From the IMG/VR virus record IMGVR_UViG_3300025913_000028: a DNA stretch of 20,000 bases. One strand, written 5' to 3'. Origin of the DNA: an uncultured virus (IMG/VR IMGVR_UViG_3300025913_000028) (taxonomy: Duplodnaviria; Heunggongvirae; Uroviricota; Caudoviricetes). Position numbers and translations under genes: made by a program. Of the stretch, positions 6,555 to 14,395 are shown in pieces; the first letter of the stretch is position 1; every line of letters begins with the position of its first letter. The notes under the pieces were generated by a model. That model had not been told where the DNA came from, ran no database searches, and was given only the letters and a program-made list of their open reading frames with translations.

Positions 6555-8372
6555 ATGCCGGCACAGTTCCGCATCGACCAGGTCACCCCCGGCGCAGGGG
6601 TAGCGGGACGCTCGCGCCACGATCTCATCCCCGGCGAGATCATCACGCTCAACGCGACGAGTCCGGCTCCGGGAGCTGGTGTCACGTACACGTGGGAGAT
6701 CATCGACAAGCGCGGCTCCTCCGCAGTGCTGTCGAGCAGCACCGGGCAGACGGTCACGATCGGCATCGCTGGGCTGATCGTGCGCCCGAGCTCGTTCTTG
6801 ATCGAGCTCACCGTCAACGACAACGGCGTCATCACGAAGTCTCGTCGCATCGCCTCGGTGCGCACGTTGAACGCTCAACTTCGTGTTCCGGTCTACGTCG
6901 AGACCGCTCCGGAGGCGAACAAGCTCAGCGTCCACGATGCTGACCTCGCCACCGACAACGCTCTCTACCCGAACCGCTCAGGCCTCGGCGTCTCCGAGCA
7001 GAACTGGGCGGGCTGGTCGGAGTGGGCGTGGGAGATCGTGCAGGCTGTCGAGAGCTCGATCGGCTCCTCGGGCCCTCCATCCGGTCCGGCTGGTGGTGAC
7101 CTCGCCCTGACGTACCCGAACCCGCGGGTCGCCAAGCTCTACGGCATCGCGATCGACCCTTCAGCGGCGTCGCCGGCGACGGGCTCAGTGCTGAAGTACG
7201 ACGGCACCAACTACAAGCCCGTCCAGGTCAGCGGCAAGAAGTACAACAAGGTCGTGGTGGGCTGCTCGGGTCAAGGAGACACGGCTGCTGACTGCGACTT
7301 CCTCGACAACGGGAACTGCCTCGGCATCGTCGCCGCACTCGCTTCTCTCGGTGGCCAGGGTGGTGACGTTTTCGTTCGCCCAGGCAACTACACGTTGAAC
7401 GCAAGTGACAGTGCTTCCACGCCGCTCGTCATCAACAATGCCCGCCTGATCTTCGCCAGTAAGGCAAGCTGCACCCTCACTGCCCGGATGACCCCGGGGG
7501 TCGGCCAGTCGATGTCGATCTTCAACATCCAGGGCGGGTCCGTCGAGAACCTCACGATCTTCATCGACGCCCCAGGCTCCATGAACGGAGGCTCTGAAAC
7601 CACGTTCGTCGATGTGAGCAGCGTCAGCCGGATCAAGAACATCGACATCTACATGGGGACGATCCTGACCGGAGCTTCGGTGAACTTCGGCAACATCCAC
7701 AGCGTCGTTCAGTTCGCGGGAGGGGCGATTCTCGAAGACGTCGTGATCTACGGGCCGCCCAGCTTCATCACTTCGGGTAGCGGCGTCCTCACCTGCTTCT
7801 ACGGAACAGGAACTTCGGGATTCGACCCGTTCTACGTCATCCGCTGCCGTACCAGCACCTTCGACATCACGCGCGGAGGAGACATCGGCTTCTCTTCCGA
7901 CTACGGCCCGGGCTACTTCGTGGAGTGTGCACCGACGGATGCACTGGAGACGGGCTTCCTCCTCTACCGACAGGCGCAGGGAGTGCAGATCATCTCTCCG
8001 ACGGTGGTGTGGACGGCCACTGATGCCTTCGGTCGAGCTGCCTTCTCTTTCGGCGATGGTGACCCTTCCGACCGAGTCATCGATTGCAGCGTGCGGGGTG
8101 GCTACGTCGACGGGATGTCCTCGCTCGGCACGGGGGCAGTGCTCTTCGCCACCGATTCCGGGGGCAACCTGAATCGGAACAAGATCCACGGGCTGAGCAT
8201 CAGGAACTTCTCGAAGGCAGTGCTAGTTGCGAGCGGTGGGTTGGGCACCATCGACTCGAACGACATCCAGTTCTGCACCTTCAAGGGTGTCACTACCCCC
8301 TTCGACACAGACGGTACGGATACCAACACCGTGTTCGACAACAACATCAACGACACGGGTGGTGGAGCATGA
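6555..8372 (+). CDS. Putative tail fibre/tailspike: Ig/PKD-like N-terminus, fibre linker, C-terminal right-handed beta-helix (pectin lyase-like)
   Basis: ITLNATS..TYTWEII..GQTVTI (PKD-like); GPAGGDLALTYPNPRV and GSVLKYDGTNYKP linkers typical of phage fibres; AALASL..GGDVFVRPGNYTL beta-helix cap; VENLTI/IKNIDI/LEDVVI coils. Confidence 0.7.
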   Translation: MPAQFRIDQVTPGAGVAGRSRHDLIPGEIITLNATSPAPGAGVTYTWEIIDKRGSSAVLSSSTGQTVTIGIAGLIVRPSSFLIELTVNDNGVITKSRRIASVRTLNAQLRVPVYVETAPEANKLSVHDADLATDNALYPNRSGLGVSEQNWAGWSEWAWEIVQAVESSIGSSGPPSGPAGGDLALTYPNPRVAKLYGIAIDPSAASPATGSVLKYDGTNYKPVQVSGKKYNKVVVGCSGQGDTAADCDFLDNGNCLGIVAALASLGGQGGDVFVRPGNYTLNASDSASTPLVINNARLIFASKASCTLTARMTPGVGQSMSIFNIQGGSVENLTIFIDAPGSMNGGSETTFVDVSSVSRIKNIDIYMGTILTGASVNFGNIHSVVQFAGGAILEDVVIYGPPSFITSGSGVLTCFYGTGTSGFDPFYVIRCRTSTFDITRGGDIGFSSDYGPGYFVECAPTDALETGFLLYRQAQGVQIISPTVVWTATDAFGRAAFSFGDGDPSDRVIDCSVRGGYVDGMSSLGTGAVLFATDSGGNLNRNKIHGLSIRNFSKAVLVASGGLGTIDSNDIQFCTFKGVTTPFDTDGTDTNTVFDNNINDTGGGA

Positions 8373-8965
8373 CGGCCAAGTCCCTCCCGGCCCAGCAGAA
8401 CCGCTTCTGGCCGCCCTCCACCACGGACTACGGTACGGCTGCGGCTGAACCACTTCTGCGACAGGGCGACATCTACTACAACACGACGAGCTTGCTCTAC
8501 CGCAAGTGCGACAGCGCGACGTACCCGGCGACGTGGTCGGATGTCGGCACCGCAGCGAAGGGCACCTTCGTCGGGGCGCTGAATCAGGACATCTCGCTCA
8601 TCAACGTCGAGGTCGTCATCGGAGGCTTCATCTTCGACGGCAGTACGAAGCAGACGAGCGTCTTCCACATGTTCGGCCGCTTCAGTCCTGCGACCTCGGG
8701 CGATGCTCGTGTTCGCCTCTACGACACAGGGCCCGTGGGTGGAGCCGCCATCACGCCGGTCCTTCGGTCGACGCTCTCCATCAACTTCTCGGCGGGCTCG
8801 AACATCCTCGACCGTCAGCAGGGTCTCACCAAGACGGCGTCTCCGGGTGTCAACACCAACACCATCTTCAACACCGCTCGGGTATACGAGCTCCGTGCTA
8901 TTTTGGATGCCGCCACCCTCGGTGATCTCGTCAAGATCCACTGGGCAGGCATCGAGGTGAGCTGA
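8369..8965 (+). CDS. Putative virion structural protein (198 aa)
   Basis: ATGA overlap; QGDIYYNTTSLLYRKC...TWSDV resembles fibre segment motifs; beta-rich C-terminal domain. Confidence 0.6.
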   Translation: MTAKSLPAQQNRFWPPSTTDYGTAAAEPLLRQGDIYYNTTSLLYRKCDSATYPATWSDVGTAAKGTFVGALNQDISLINVEVVIGGFIFDGSTKQTSVFHMFGRFSPATSGDARVRLYDTGPVGGAAITPVLRSTLSINFSAGSNILDRQQGLTKTASPGVNTNTIFNTARVYELRAILDAATLGDLVKIHWAGIEVS

Positions 8966-9957
8966 TGACGGTCTCGACACATTCGCTCGTGAATCAGGTG
9001 GCGGCCACCATGGGCGTGTCTTGGTACACCCTCGTCACCGCGCTTCTCTCCGTGGGCTGGACGCAGCAGGGCTCAGGGGACGGCACAACGTTCTCGAACA
9101 GCGCGGCTGGGCCTGTGGTTTCCGGTGGCACGGGTACCGGAGGACTCGACGGCACGAACCGCTGGGTGCGTCTACGTGACCCGAGCGGGAACCGCGAGAT
9201 CATCATCAAGCGCGAGAGCTCGGCGTCAGTCTGGAGCCTCTACTACAGCTACTCGGCTCGCTTCACGGGTGGCTCTCCAGGAGCCTCCGCTCGTCCGACG
9301 GCAACGGATGAGGTCACCATCATCAGCTCGGGCAACTTCAACACCAGCGCGTTGATCTACACGCATGCCGTCGTCGAAGACACCGCCATCAACGGTGTGT
9401 GGGGCTTCTGGCTCATCCGGACCATCCAGAGCACGAGCACTCGCGCTGACTTCATCTGCTGCGATCCGCTCTCTTCACGAACCGACGAGAGCCGCTACGC
9501 GAGCTTGGGGAGTGTGATCGACCCGTGCGTCTGGCATGCCTTCCAGGGCACGGCTTCTCCCGCGGGGTCGAGCTCTTCGCTCTCGGTCACGATGCAGCTT
9601 CTCTACTCGCCCACCCTGAGCACTCGCACGCTCATCCCCATCATCTGCGCTCGGTTCGGGACCAACAACGGCTCCGGCAACACGATCAGCGATGCGAGCG
9701 GCATCAGCGCCGGAGGTATGGGGGCGAACGACTACGACGGTGGTGACGACATCATCGCTGTGAGGTACATGCGCTTCCTGAATCAGGGCAGCGGCAACCC
9801 GGGGCTCTTCTTCGGGCTCTCGCATCACCTGTCCGAGAAGACGATCATCGCTCGTAACTACCCGGACGTCGTGCAGCACCCGTCGAGCGACCTCGCATGG
9901 GTCTACTACAACGGTTTCGCCATCCCGTGGCCCAAGGGCACGACGCCGAGCCCGTGA
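8965..9957 (+). CDS. Gly/Ser/Thr-rich putative virion (tail-associated) protein, paralog A
   Basis: TGATG coupling; shares ordered motifs with 9968-11017; low charge, beta-rich. Confidence 0.65.
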   Translation: MTVSTHSLVNQVAATMGVSWYTLVTALLSVGWTQQGSGDGTTFSNSAAGPVVSGGTGTGGLDGTNRWVRLRDPSGNREIIIKRESSASVWSLYYSYSARFTGGSPGASARPTATDEVTIISSGNFNTSALIYTHAVVEDTAINGVWGFWLIRTIQSTSTRADFICCDPLSSRTDESRYASLGSVIDPCVWHAFQGTASPAGSSSSLSVTMQLLYSPTLSTRTLIPIICARFGTNNGSGNTISDASGISAGGMGANDYDGGDDIIAVRYMRFLNQGSGNPGLFFGLSHHLSEKTIIARNYPDVVQHPSSDLAWVYYNGFAIPWPKGTTPSP

Positions 9958-9967
9958 GGAGGACGAA

Positions 9968-11017
9968 GTGGCGAAGATCACGACACGCTCCATCGACAGT
10001 GCGAGCTCCATCAACTTTCCGAACCCGCAGCCTTCGGGCTCCGGTGTCGTCGAGTTCCTGTGGAACATCATCCAGACGCTTCTCACCGCGGGCTGGACTC
10101 ACTTCGCCTCGGGAACAGGTACCGGCGGAACGTTCTCTACGACGCCTGGCAACGTGAACAACCAGATCACGGGGACGGGAACGGGCACAGGAGGTTTCGA
10201 TCGGAACAACGCATGGATCGTTCTGCGCTGTCCGGCGAACAAGCGGCAGATCCTCATCCAGCGCGGCACGAGCAACACGCAGTGGCGTATCTACTACTCC
10301 GCCCTCGATACGTTCATCGGCACTGGGTTCGGTGCGATCAGCGCGACCGTGCCTCCCAGTGCCACTGATCAGGGTCAGGTTCTCGGCGCTGCGAACGCGT
10401 TCACCAGCGTCACCAACCCGTCCACCACTTCGGGTACGCGTTTCCACTGTCTCGCATACTCCGATGCCGCGAACACGGACTGCTACACGTTCTACGCATG
10501 GGCCACGGGCCCATCGAACTCTTCGATCTCTATGGTCGTCATGTTCGAGACCCTCCGCTCGTTCAACGCCCTCGATGCCGACCCCATCATCATGACCTGG
10601 TTCCCGGCCAGTGGTGGTCCGCTGAGCGCAACCTCTCTCTTCAACAGCACGACCTGGTTCGGCTGGTACAAGATGAACCTCACGTCGGAGAGCTTCGACG
10701 AGTGGGTGTTGGTGGCGCAAGGAACGAACTCCTCTTCGACGTACGTTCCGGCTTCGGGCTTGAACACGCTGACGGGGGTAGGGCCGGATCCCAACGATCT
10801 GGCAGAGCCAAGCATCGAGCTCGCGTGGGTTCGTCCCGCATCGAGCTATGCCGCTCGCCAGGGAACGAAGGGGACCTCTCTTCGACTTCGGGGAAGTGGC
10901 GTCGCCTTCCGCTCGTGGCCGGCTCGTCACGACCCGACGAACGCCACGGAGGCCCGTGTCTTCGTCGATTGCCTCTTGGTCCCCTGGCTCGCCAACACCC
11001 TTCCCAGCCTCGGGTGA
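9968..11017 (+). CDS. Gly/Ser/Thr-rich putative virion (tail-associated) protein, paralog B
   Basis: SD GAGGAGG before GTG; GWT..SG.G, GTGTGG, W..LR.P, W..YYS, P.ATD, PW motifs shared with paralog A. Confidence 0.65.
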   Translation: MAKITTRSIDSASSINFPNPQPSGSGVVEFLWNIIQTLLTAGWTHFASGTGTGGTFSTTPGNVNNQITGTGTGTGGFDRNNAWIVLRCPANKRQILIQRGTSNTQWRIYYSALDTFIGTGFGAISATVPPSATDQGQVLGAANAFTSVTNPSTTSGTRFHCLAYSDAANTDCYTFYAWATGPSNSSISMVVMFETLRSFNALDADPIIMTWFPASGGPLSATSLFNSTTWFGWYKMNLTSESFDEWVLVAQGTNSSSTYVPASGLNTLTGVGPDPNDLAEPSIELAWVRPASSYAARQGTKGTSLRLRGSGVAFRSWPARHDPTNATEARVFVDCLLVPWLANTLPSLG

Positions 11018-11020
11018 GCC

Positions 11021-11305
11021 ATGGCTCTGACGACGCTTTCAGTTCGGTGGGCCCCGCTGGAGTTCTGGACGCTTCGCGCGAACCAAGAGCCGGCCTTCTC
11101 GTTGTCGGTAAGGTGGGCTCCTCGCGAGTTCTGGAGGAACCCTTCCGTCTTCGCTGTGGAGAATCGCGTCTACGACTCCGTGGCCACCAAGTTGGTGTCG
11201 TGGACCACGCTCTATCCCGACACCACAGGCAAGAGCTACCCTGGGCCCGGTGTAGCTCTTGTGACGACGTCGGACTACTGCATCTCCAAGATCTTCCGGT
11301 CGTGA
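11021..11305 (+). CDS. Small hypothetical protein with a duplicated LSVRWAPxEFW motif
   Basis: Repeat conserved in amino acids but with synonymous codon changes; fills the gap between neighbours. Confidence 0.7.
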   Translation: MALTTLSVRWAPLEFWTLRANQEPAFSLSVRWAPREFWRNPSVFAVENRVYDSVATKLVSWTTLYPDTTGKSYPGPGVALVTTSDYCISKIFRS

Positions 11306-11309
11306 GGCT

Positions 11310-12773
11310 GTGATGAACGAAGTACTCGCCCATGCCCTGCTTCACCAGGTGCCGATCGCGATCGGTGTCTGGGATGCCGAAGGCGCAACCTCCCCGCAAG
11401 ATATGAAGTTGGTCTTCATGAACGAGTGGGGCGTCAAGAGCATCGTCTCGGGATACGGCATGGCTCGCGAGCACGTGGAAGGGAAGACCTTCCGCGAGAT
11501 CACGGCCGAGCAGGGCAAGGAGCCGAACGCCGACTTCGTTCAGACGCTCTACGAGACCGCTCAGTCACAGAACCCGAAGCAGGTGGAGCTCGGGACGATC
11601 TTCGGAAGGACGTACCGCATGTACTTTCTGCCGATGGGGACTCGCGTCGCTGCGTCGATGTTCGAGGACATCACGGAGGTCCACGACACCAACCGCCGCC
11701 TCTCGCTGGCGTTGGAATCTGCCAAGGCTGGGATGTGGTGGTTCGACTACGTCATGAACATGCAGAGCTGGGACGCTGGCGTCGGACAGATGCTCGACCT
11801 CGGAGCTGCATCCACGTCTCTGGGAACGTCGCTCGACCTCTTCTACTCGAAGATCTCACCGGCGGACGTAACGGACGTTCGTGCGCTCATGGAACGTGCC
11901 CTCGCGAACCCGGAGGTCTCCAACGTCGAGTTGGAGTTCTCGCTGGTGAAGCCGGATGGCCGTGTGGTGGCCGTGATCGATCGAGCACAGATCTATCGCG
12001 AGGGTGGGAAGCTCGTGCAGATGATGCACGTCCTCATCGACATCGACGACAAGGTCCAGCTCACCAAGAAGCTTCAGCAGTCGAACTCCGACTTGAAGAA
12101 CTTCGCCCACGTCGCTTCGCACGACCTGCGCGAGCCCCTGCGAGTCATCAGCAACTACACGCAGCTCCTCTTCGAGGAGTACGGGCACCTCTTCGAGAAC
12201 GTTCCGGAGGCCCAGCAGTATCGAGGCTTCATCGAGACAGCCTCGAAGAGGGCGATGGACCTCGTCGACGACCTTCTTCGGTTCAGCCGGGCCGGCAACA
12301 ACATGAACCCGCAGGAGAACGTGTCGCTGGAGCGGCTCGTTCAGATCGCGAAGGAGAACCTTCGCGTCTCGATCAACGAGTCGAAGGCGGAGATCACGAC
12401 GGAGAACCTTCCCTCGGTGACATGCGATGCCGGCATGATGGTGCAGGTCTTCCAGAACCTGCTCAGCAACGCCGTGAAGTTCACCCCTAAGGGTGACAGT
12501 GAGGCGCCTCCGCACATCCGTGTGACGGCGAGCGACGCGGGTCGCATGTGGTTGATCAAGGTTACAGACCGAGGACTCGGGATCGAGCCCGCCTTCCTCA
12601 CGAAGATCTTCACTCCCTTCTACCGCCTCTACACGACGGCGGAGTATGATGGGACCGGCATCGGGCTCTCGCTGTGCCAGAGAATCGTCCGAGCTCACGG
12701 CGGTGACATCTGGGCGGAATCGGGAGGCAAGGGCCACGGAACGACCCTTTCTTTTACCCTCCCCAAGGCATGA
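11310..12773 (+). CDS. Soluble PAS-domain sensor histidine kinase (HisKA + HATPase_c; Cph1/COG4251-type kinase core)
   Basis: H-box FAHVASHDLREPLRVI (His 12120-12122), N-box QVFQNLLSNAVKF, G1 DRGLGI, F IFTPFYRL, G2 GTGIGLSLC; PAS-like segments ending FEDITE and LIDIDD; no TM helix. Confidence 0.95.
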   Translation: MMNEVLAHALLHQVPIAIGVWDAEGATSPQDMKLVFMNEWGVKSIVSGYGMAREHVEGKTFREITAEQGKEPNADFVQTLYETAQSQNPKQVELGTIFGRTYRMYFLPMGTRVAASMFEDITEVHDTNRRLSLALESAKAGMWWFDYVMNMQSWDAGVGQMLDLGAASTSLGTSLDLFYSKISPADVTDVRALMERALANPEVSNVELEFSLVKPDGRVVAVIDRAQIYREGGKLVQMMHVLIDIDDKVQLTKKLQQSNSDLKNFAHVASHDLREPLRVISNYTQLLFEEYGHLFENVPEAQQYRGFIETASKRAMDLVDDLLRFSRAGNNMNPQENVSLERLVQIAKENLRVSINESKAEITTENLPSVTCDAGMMVQVFQNLLSNAVKFTPKGDSEAPPHIRVTASDAGRMWLIKVTDRGLGIEPAFLTKIFTPFYRLYTTAEYDGTGIGLSLCQRIVRAHGGDIWAESGGKGHGTTLSFTLPKA

Positions 12774-13177
12774 CCGTGCAGCACCGCGTTCTACTGGTCG
12801 AGGACAACGCTCCCGACGTCGTCCTCGCCAGGAAGGCGTTCTCGGCGCTCGATCGCGTAGAGATGCGTGTAGCGGTGACAGCCGACGAAGCCAGCAAGAT
12901 GCTGGAGCACGAGCTCGTCGACCTCATCTTGCTCGACTTGAACTTGCCGAAGATCAGCGGCTTCGAGCTCCTCGCGAAGTTGAAGGTCGAGGAGCTCACG
13001 AAGTCGATCCCCGTGGTCGTCATCACGAGCTCGTCGTCACTCGATGACATCGAACGAGCGTATCGAGCTGGAGCTTCGGGTTACCTCATCAAGCCGATGT
13101 CGCTCACGACTTTTCGGGACATGGTAGCTATCCTGGGCGCGTACTGGTTCCAGGTCTCGAAGCTACCGGCGAGGTGA
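12770..13177 (+). CDS. Single-domain response regulator, Rcp1-like
   Basis: LLVEDN, LILLDLNLPKISG (Asp 12935-12937), PVVVITSS, DIERAY..GA.GYLIKP, C-terminal YWF..SKLP typical of the Rcp1 family; ATGA overlap with kinase. Confidence 0.95.
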   Translation: MTVQHRVLLVEDNAPDVVLARKAFSALDRVEMRVAVTADEASKMLEHELVDLILLDLNLPKISGFELLAKLKVEELTKSIPVVVITSSSSLDDIERAYRAGASGYLIKPMSLTTFRDMVAILGAYWFQVSKLPAR

Positions 13178-13179
13178 AC

Positions 13180-13995
13180 ATGGCCATCCCCATCCACGTG
13201 CTTCTCGTCGAGGACAGTGCTCCCGACGCCGCCTTCATCGAGTCGAGGCTCCTTCAGGCCACGTTGCTGCGGGTCGGAGTCGAGGTTGCGACCTGGCTGA
13301 AGACGGCCACCATGCTCCTGTCGAACAAGAAGTTCGACGTCGTGCTGCTCGATCTCGGACTTCCGGACAGCCAGGGCATCGACACCCTCGTCGAGGTGTT
13401 GAAGGTGTCGCCGAACGTTCCGGTCATCGTGCTCTCGGGCCGCGAGGACATGGAGACGGCGATTCTGGCAGTTCGTGCCGGAGCTCAGAGCTACCTCGTG
13501 AAGAAGCCGGGCCTGACCCCCGAGCAGCTCGAACGCGAGATCTTCTACGCCCGAGAGCGGAAGATCAACGACCTCACCGCCAAGAAGCTCACGCGAGCCT
13601 CCATGGCGAGTCTTCGGACCATCGAAGAGCGCCCCGGACGGTCTTCGACACCGCCGCCGGTCGACACGGGGATCCTGTCTCGGCACATCTCGACGATCGA
13701 GGAGGCGATCGCGAAGGTGCGGCTGCATCTCATGAAGAACGCTCCATCGCAGGCGGAGGCGGTTCAGGACATCCTCACGAACGACGGGGCGTACATCGCG
13801 TTGCGGGAGATCCGCAGCTACCTCCAGCTCGACGACGAGTCTCCGCCCCGAACGAAACCGATTTCGGAGGCGGCGCTGAAGGCGGTACGGGAGGCTTCGG
13901 TTCCTCCGGGCATGCCGATGCCCACGAACCTCTCGGAAGCTCGCGCCGCGGTGCTAGACATGATCAGCGAGGAGGAGGCCGACCGTGTCGGGTGA
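13180..13995 (+). CDS. Response regulator: N-terminal receiver plus unrecognised ~145-aa C-terminal domain
   Basis: LLVEDS, VVLLDLGLPDSQG (Asp 13351-13353), PVIVLSG, GAQSYLVK; SD GAGGTG; alternative GTG start at 13174. Confidence 0.9.
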   Translation: MAIPIHVLLVEDSAPDAAFIESRLLQATLLRVGVEVATWLKTATMLLSNKKFDVVLLDLGLPDSQGIDTLVEVLKVSPNVPVIVLSGREDMETAILAVRAGAQSYLVKKPGLTPEQLEREIFYARERKINDLTAKKLTRASMASLRTIEERPGRSSTPPPVDTGILSRHISTIEEAIAKVRLHLMKNAPSQAEAVQDILTNDGAYIALREIRSYLQLDDESPPRTKPISEAALKAVREASVPPGMPMPTNLSEARAAVLDMISEEEADRVG

Positions 13996-14395
13996 AGACT
14001 TCATCACCAAGCTTCGTGAACTGGAGCAGCGGGTGCGCCGCGGCTTCTCGGGCTTCAACTTCATGCTCACTGGGCTGACGACCCGCGTCGAGCACGTCGA
14101 GAGCTCGCAGAAGGATTTCACCAAGAAGGCCGACGACATCGAGAAGGACGTCAGTGCGATCGCTGTTCGTCTCGCCAAGCTCGAAGGGCACCAGGAGGGT
14201 GTTCGGGATGGACGAGAGGACACGGCACGCACGCTCGCCGAGGTCAAAGAGGTGCGTACGCAGCACCACGAGGAGAAGAAGATCGGCCTGGAGTGGTGGA
14301 AGACCACCGCCCCGATCATCATCGCGGTCGTCACGGGCATTTTCGGACTGATCACTGGCATCGTGGCCCTGCTTCAGTCCATCCTTGGGCACTGA
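13985..14395 (+). CDS. Coiled-coil protein with C-terminal TM helix (possible holin/XhlA-like phage membrane protein)
   Basis: SD GAGGAGGAGG; heptad-like N-terminal region; WWKTTAPIIIAVVTGIFGLITGIVALL TM; function inferred from architecture only. Confidence 0.6.
   Translation: MSGEDFITKLRELEQRVRRGFSGFNFMLTGLTTRVEHVESSQKDFTKKADDIEKDVSAIAVRLAKLEGHQEGVRDGREDTARTLAEVKEVRTQHHEEKKIGLEWWKTTAPIIIAVVTGIFGLITGIVALLQSILGH

Noticed and set aside
9120..10200. GTGTGG amino-acid repeats as collagen, or as a DGR template/variable repeat pair
   Set aside because: Not Gly-X-Y periodic; DNA copies are short and diverged without an adenine-specific pattern; no reverse transcriptase in the window.
869..12490. 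Alternative-frame + strand ORFs rich in Arg/Gly/Pro (e.g. 869-1834, 2327-3040, 11426-12490)
   Set aside because: Off-frame products of high GC content overlapping better-supported genes.
11310..12773. Bacteriophytochrome/light-sensor call for the kinase
   Set aside because: Kinase core and Rcp1 partner are Cph1-like, but there is no GAF/PHY module, DIP motif or LOV signature.
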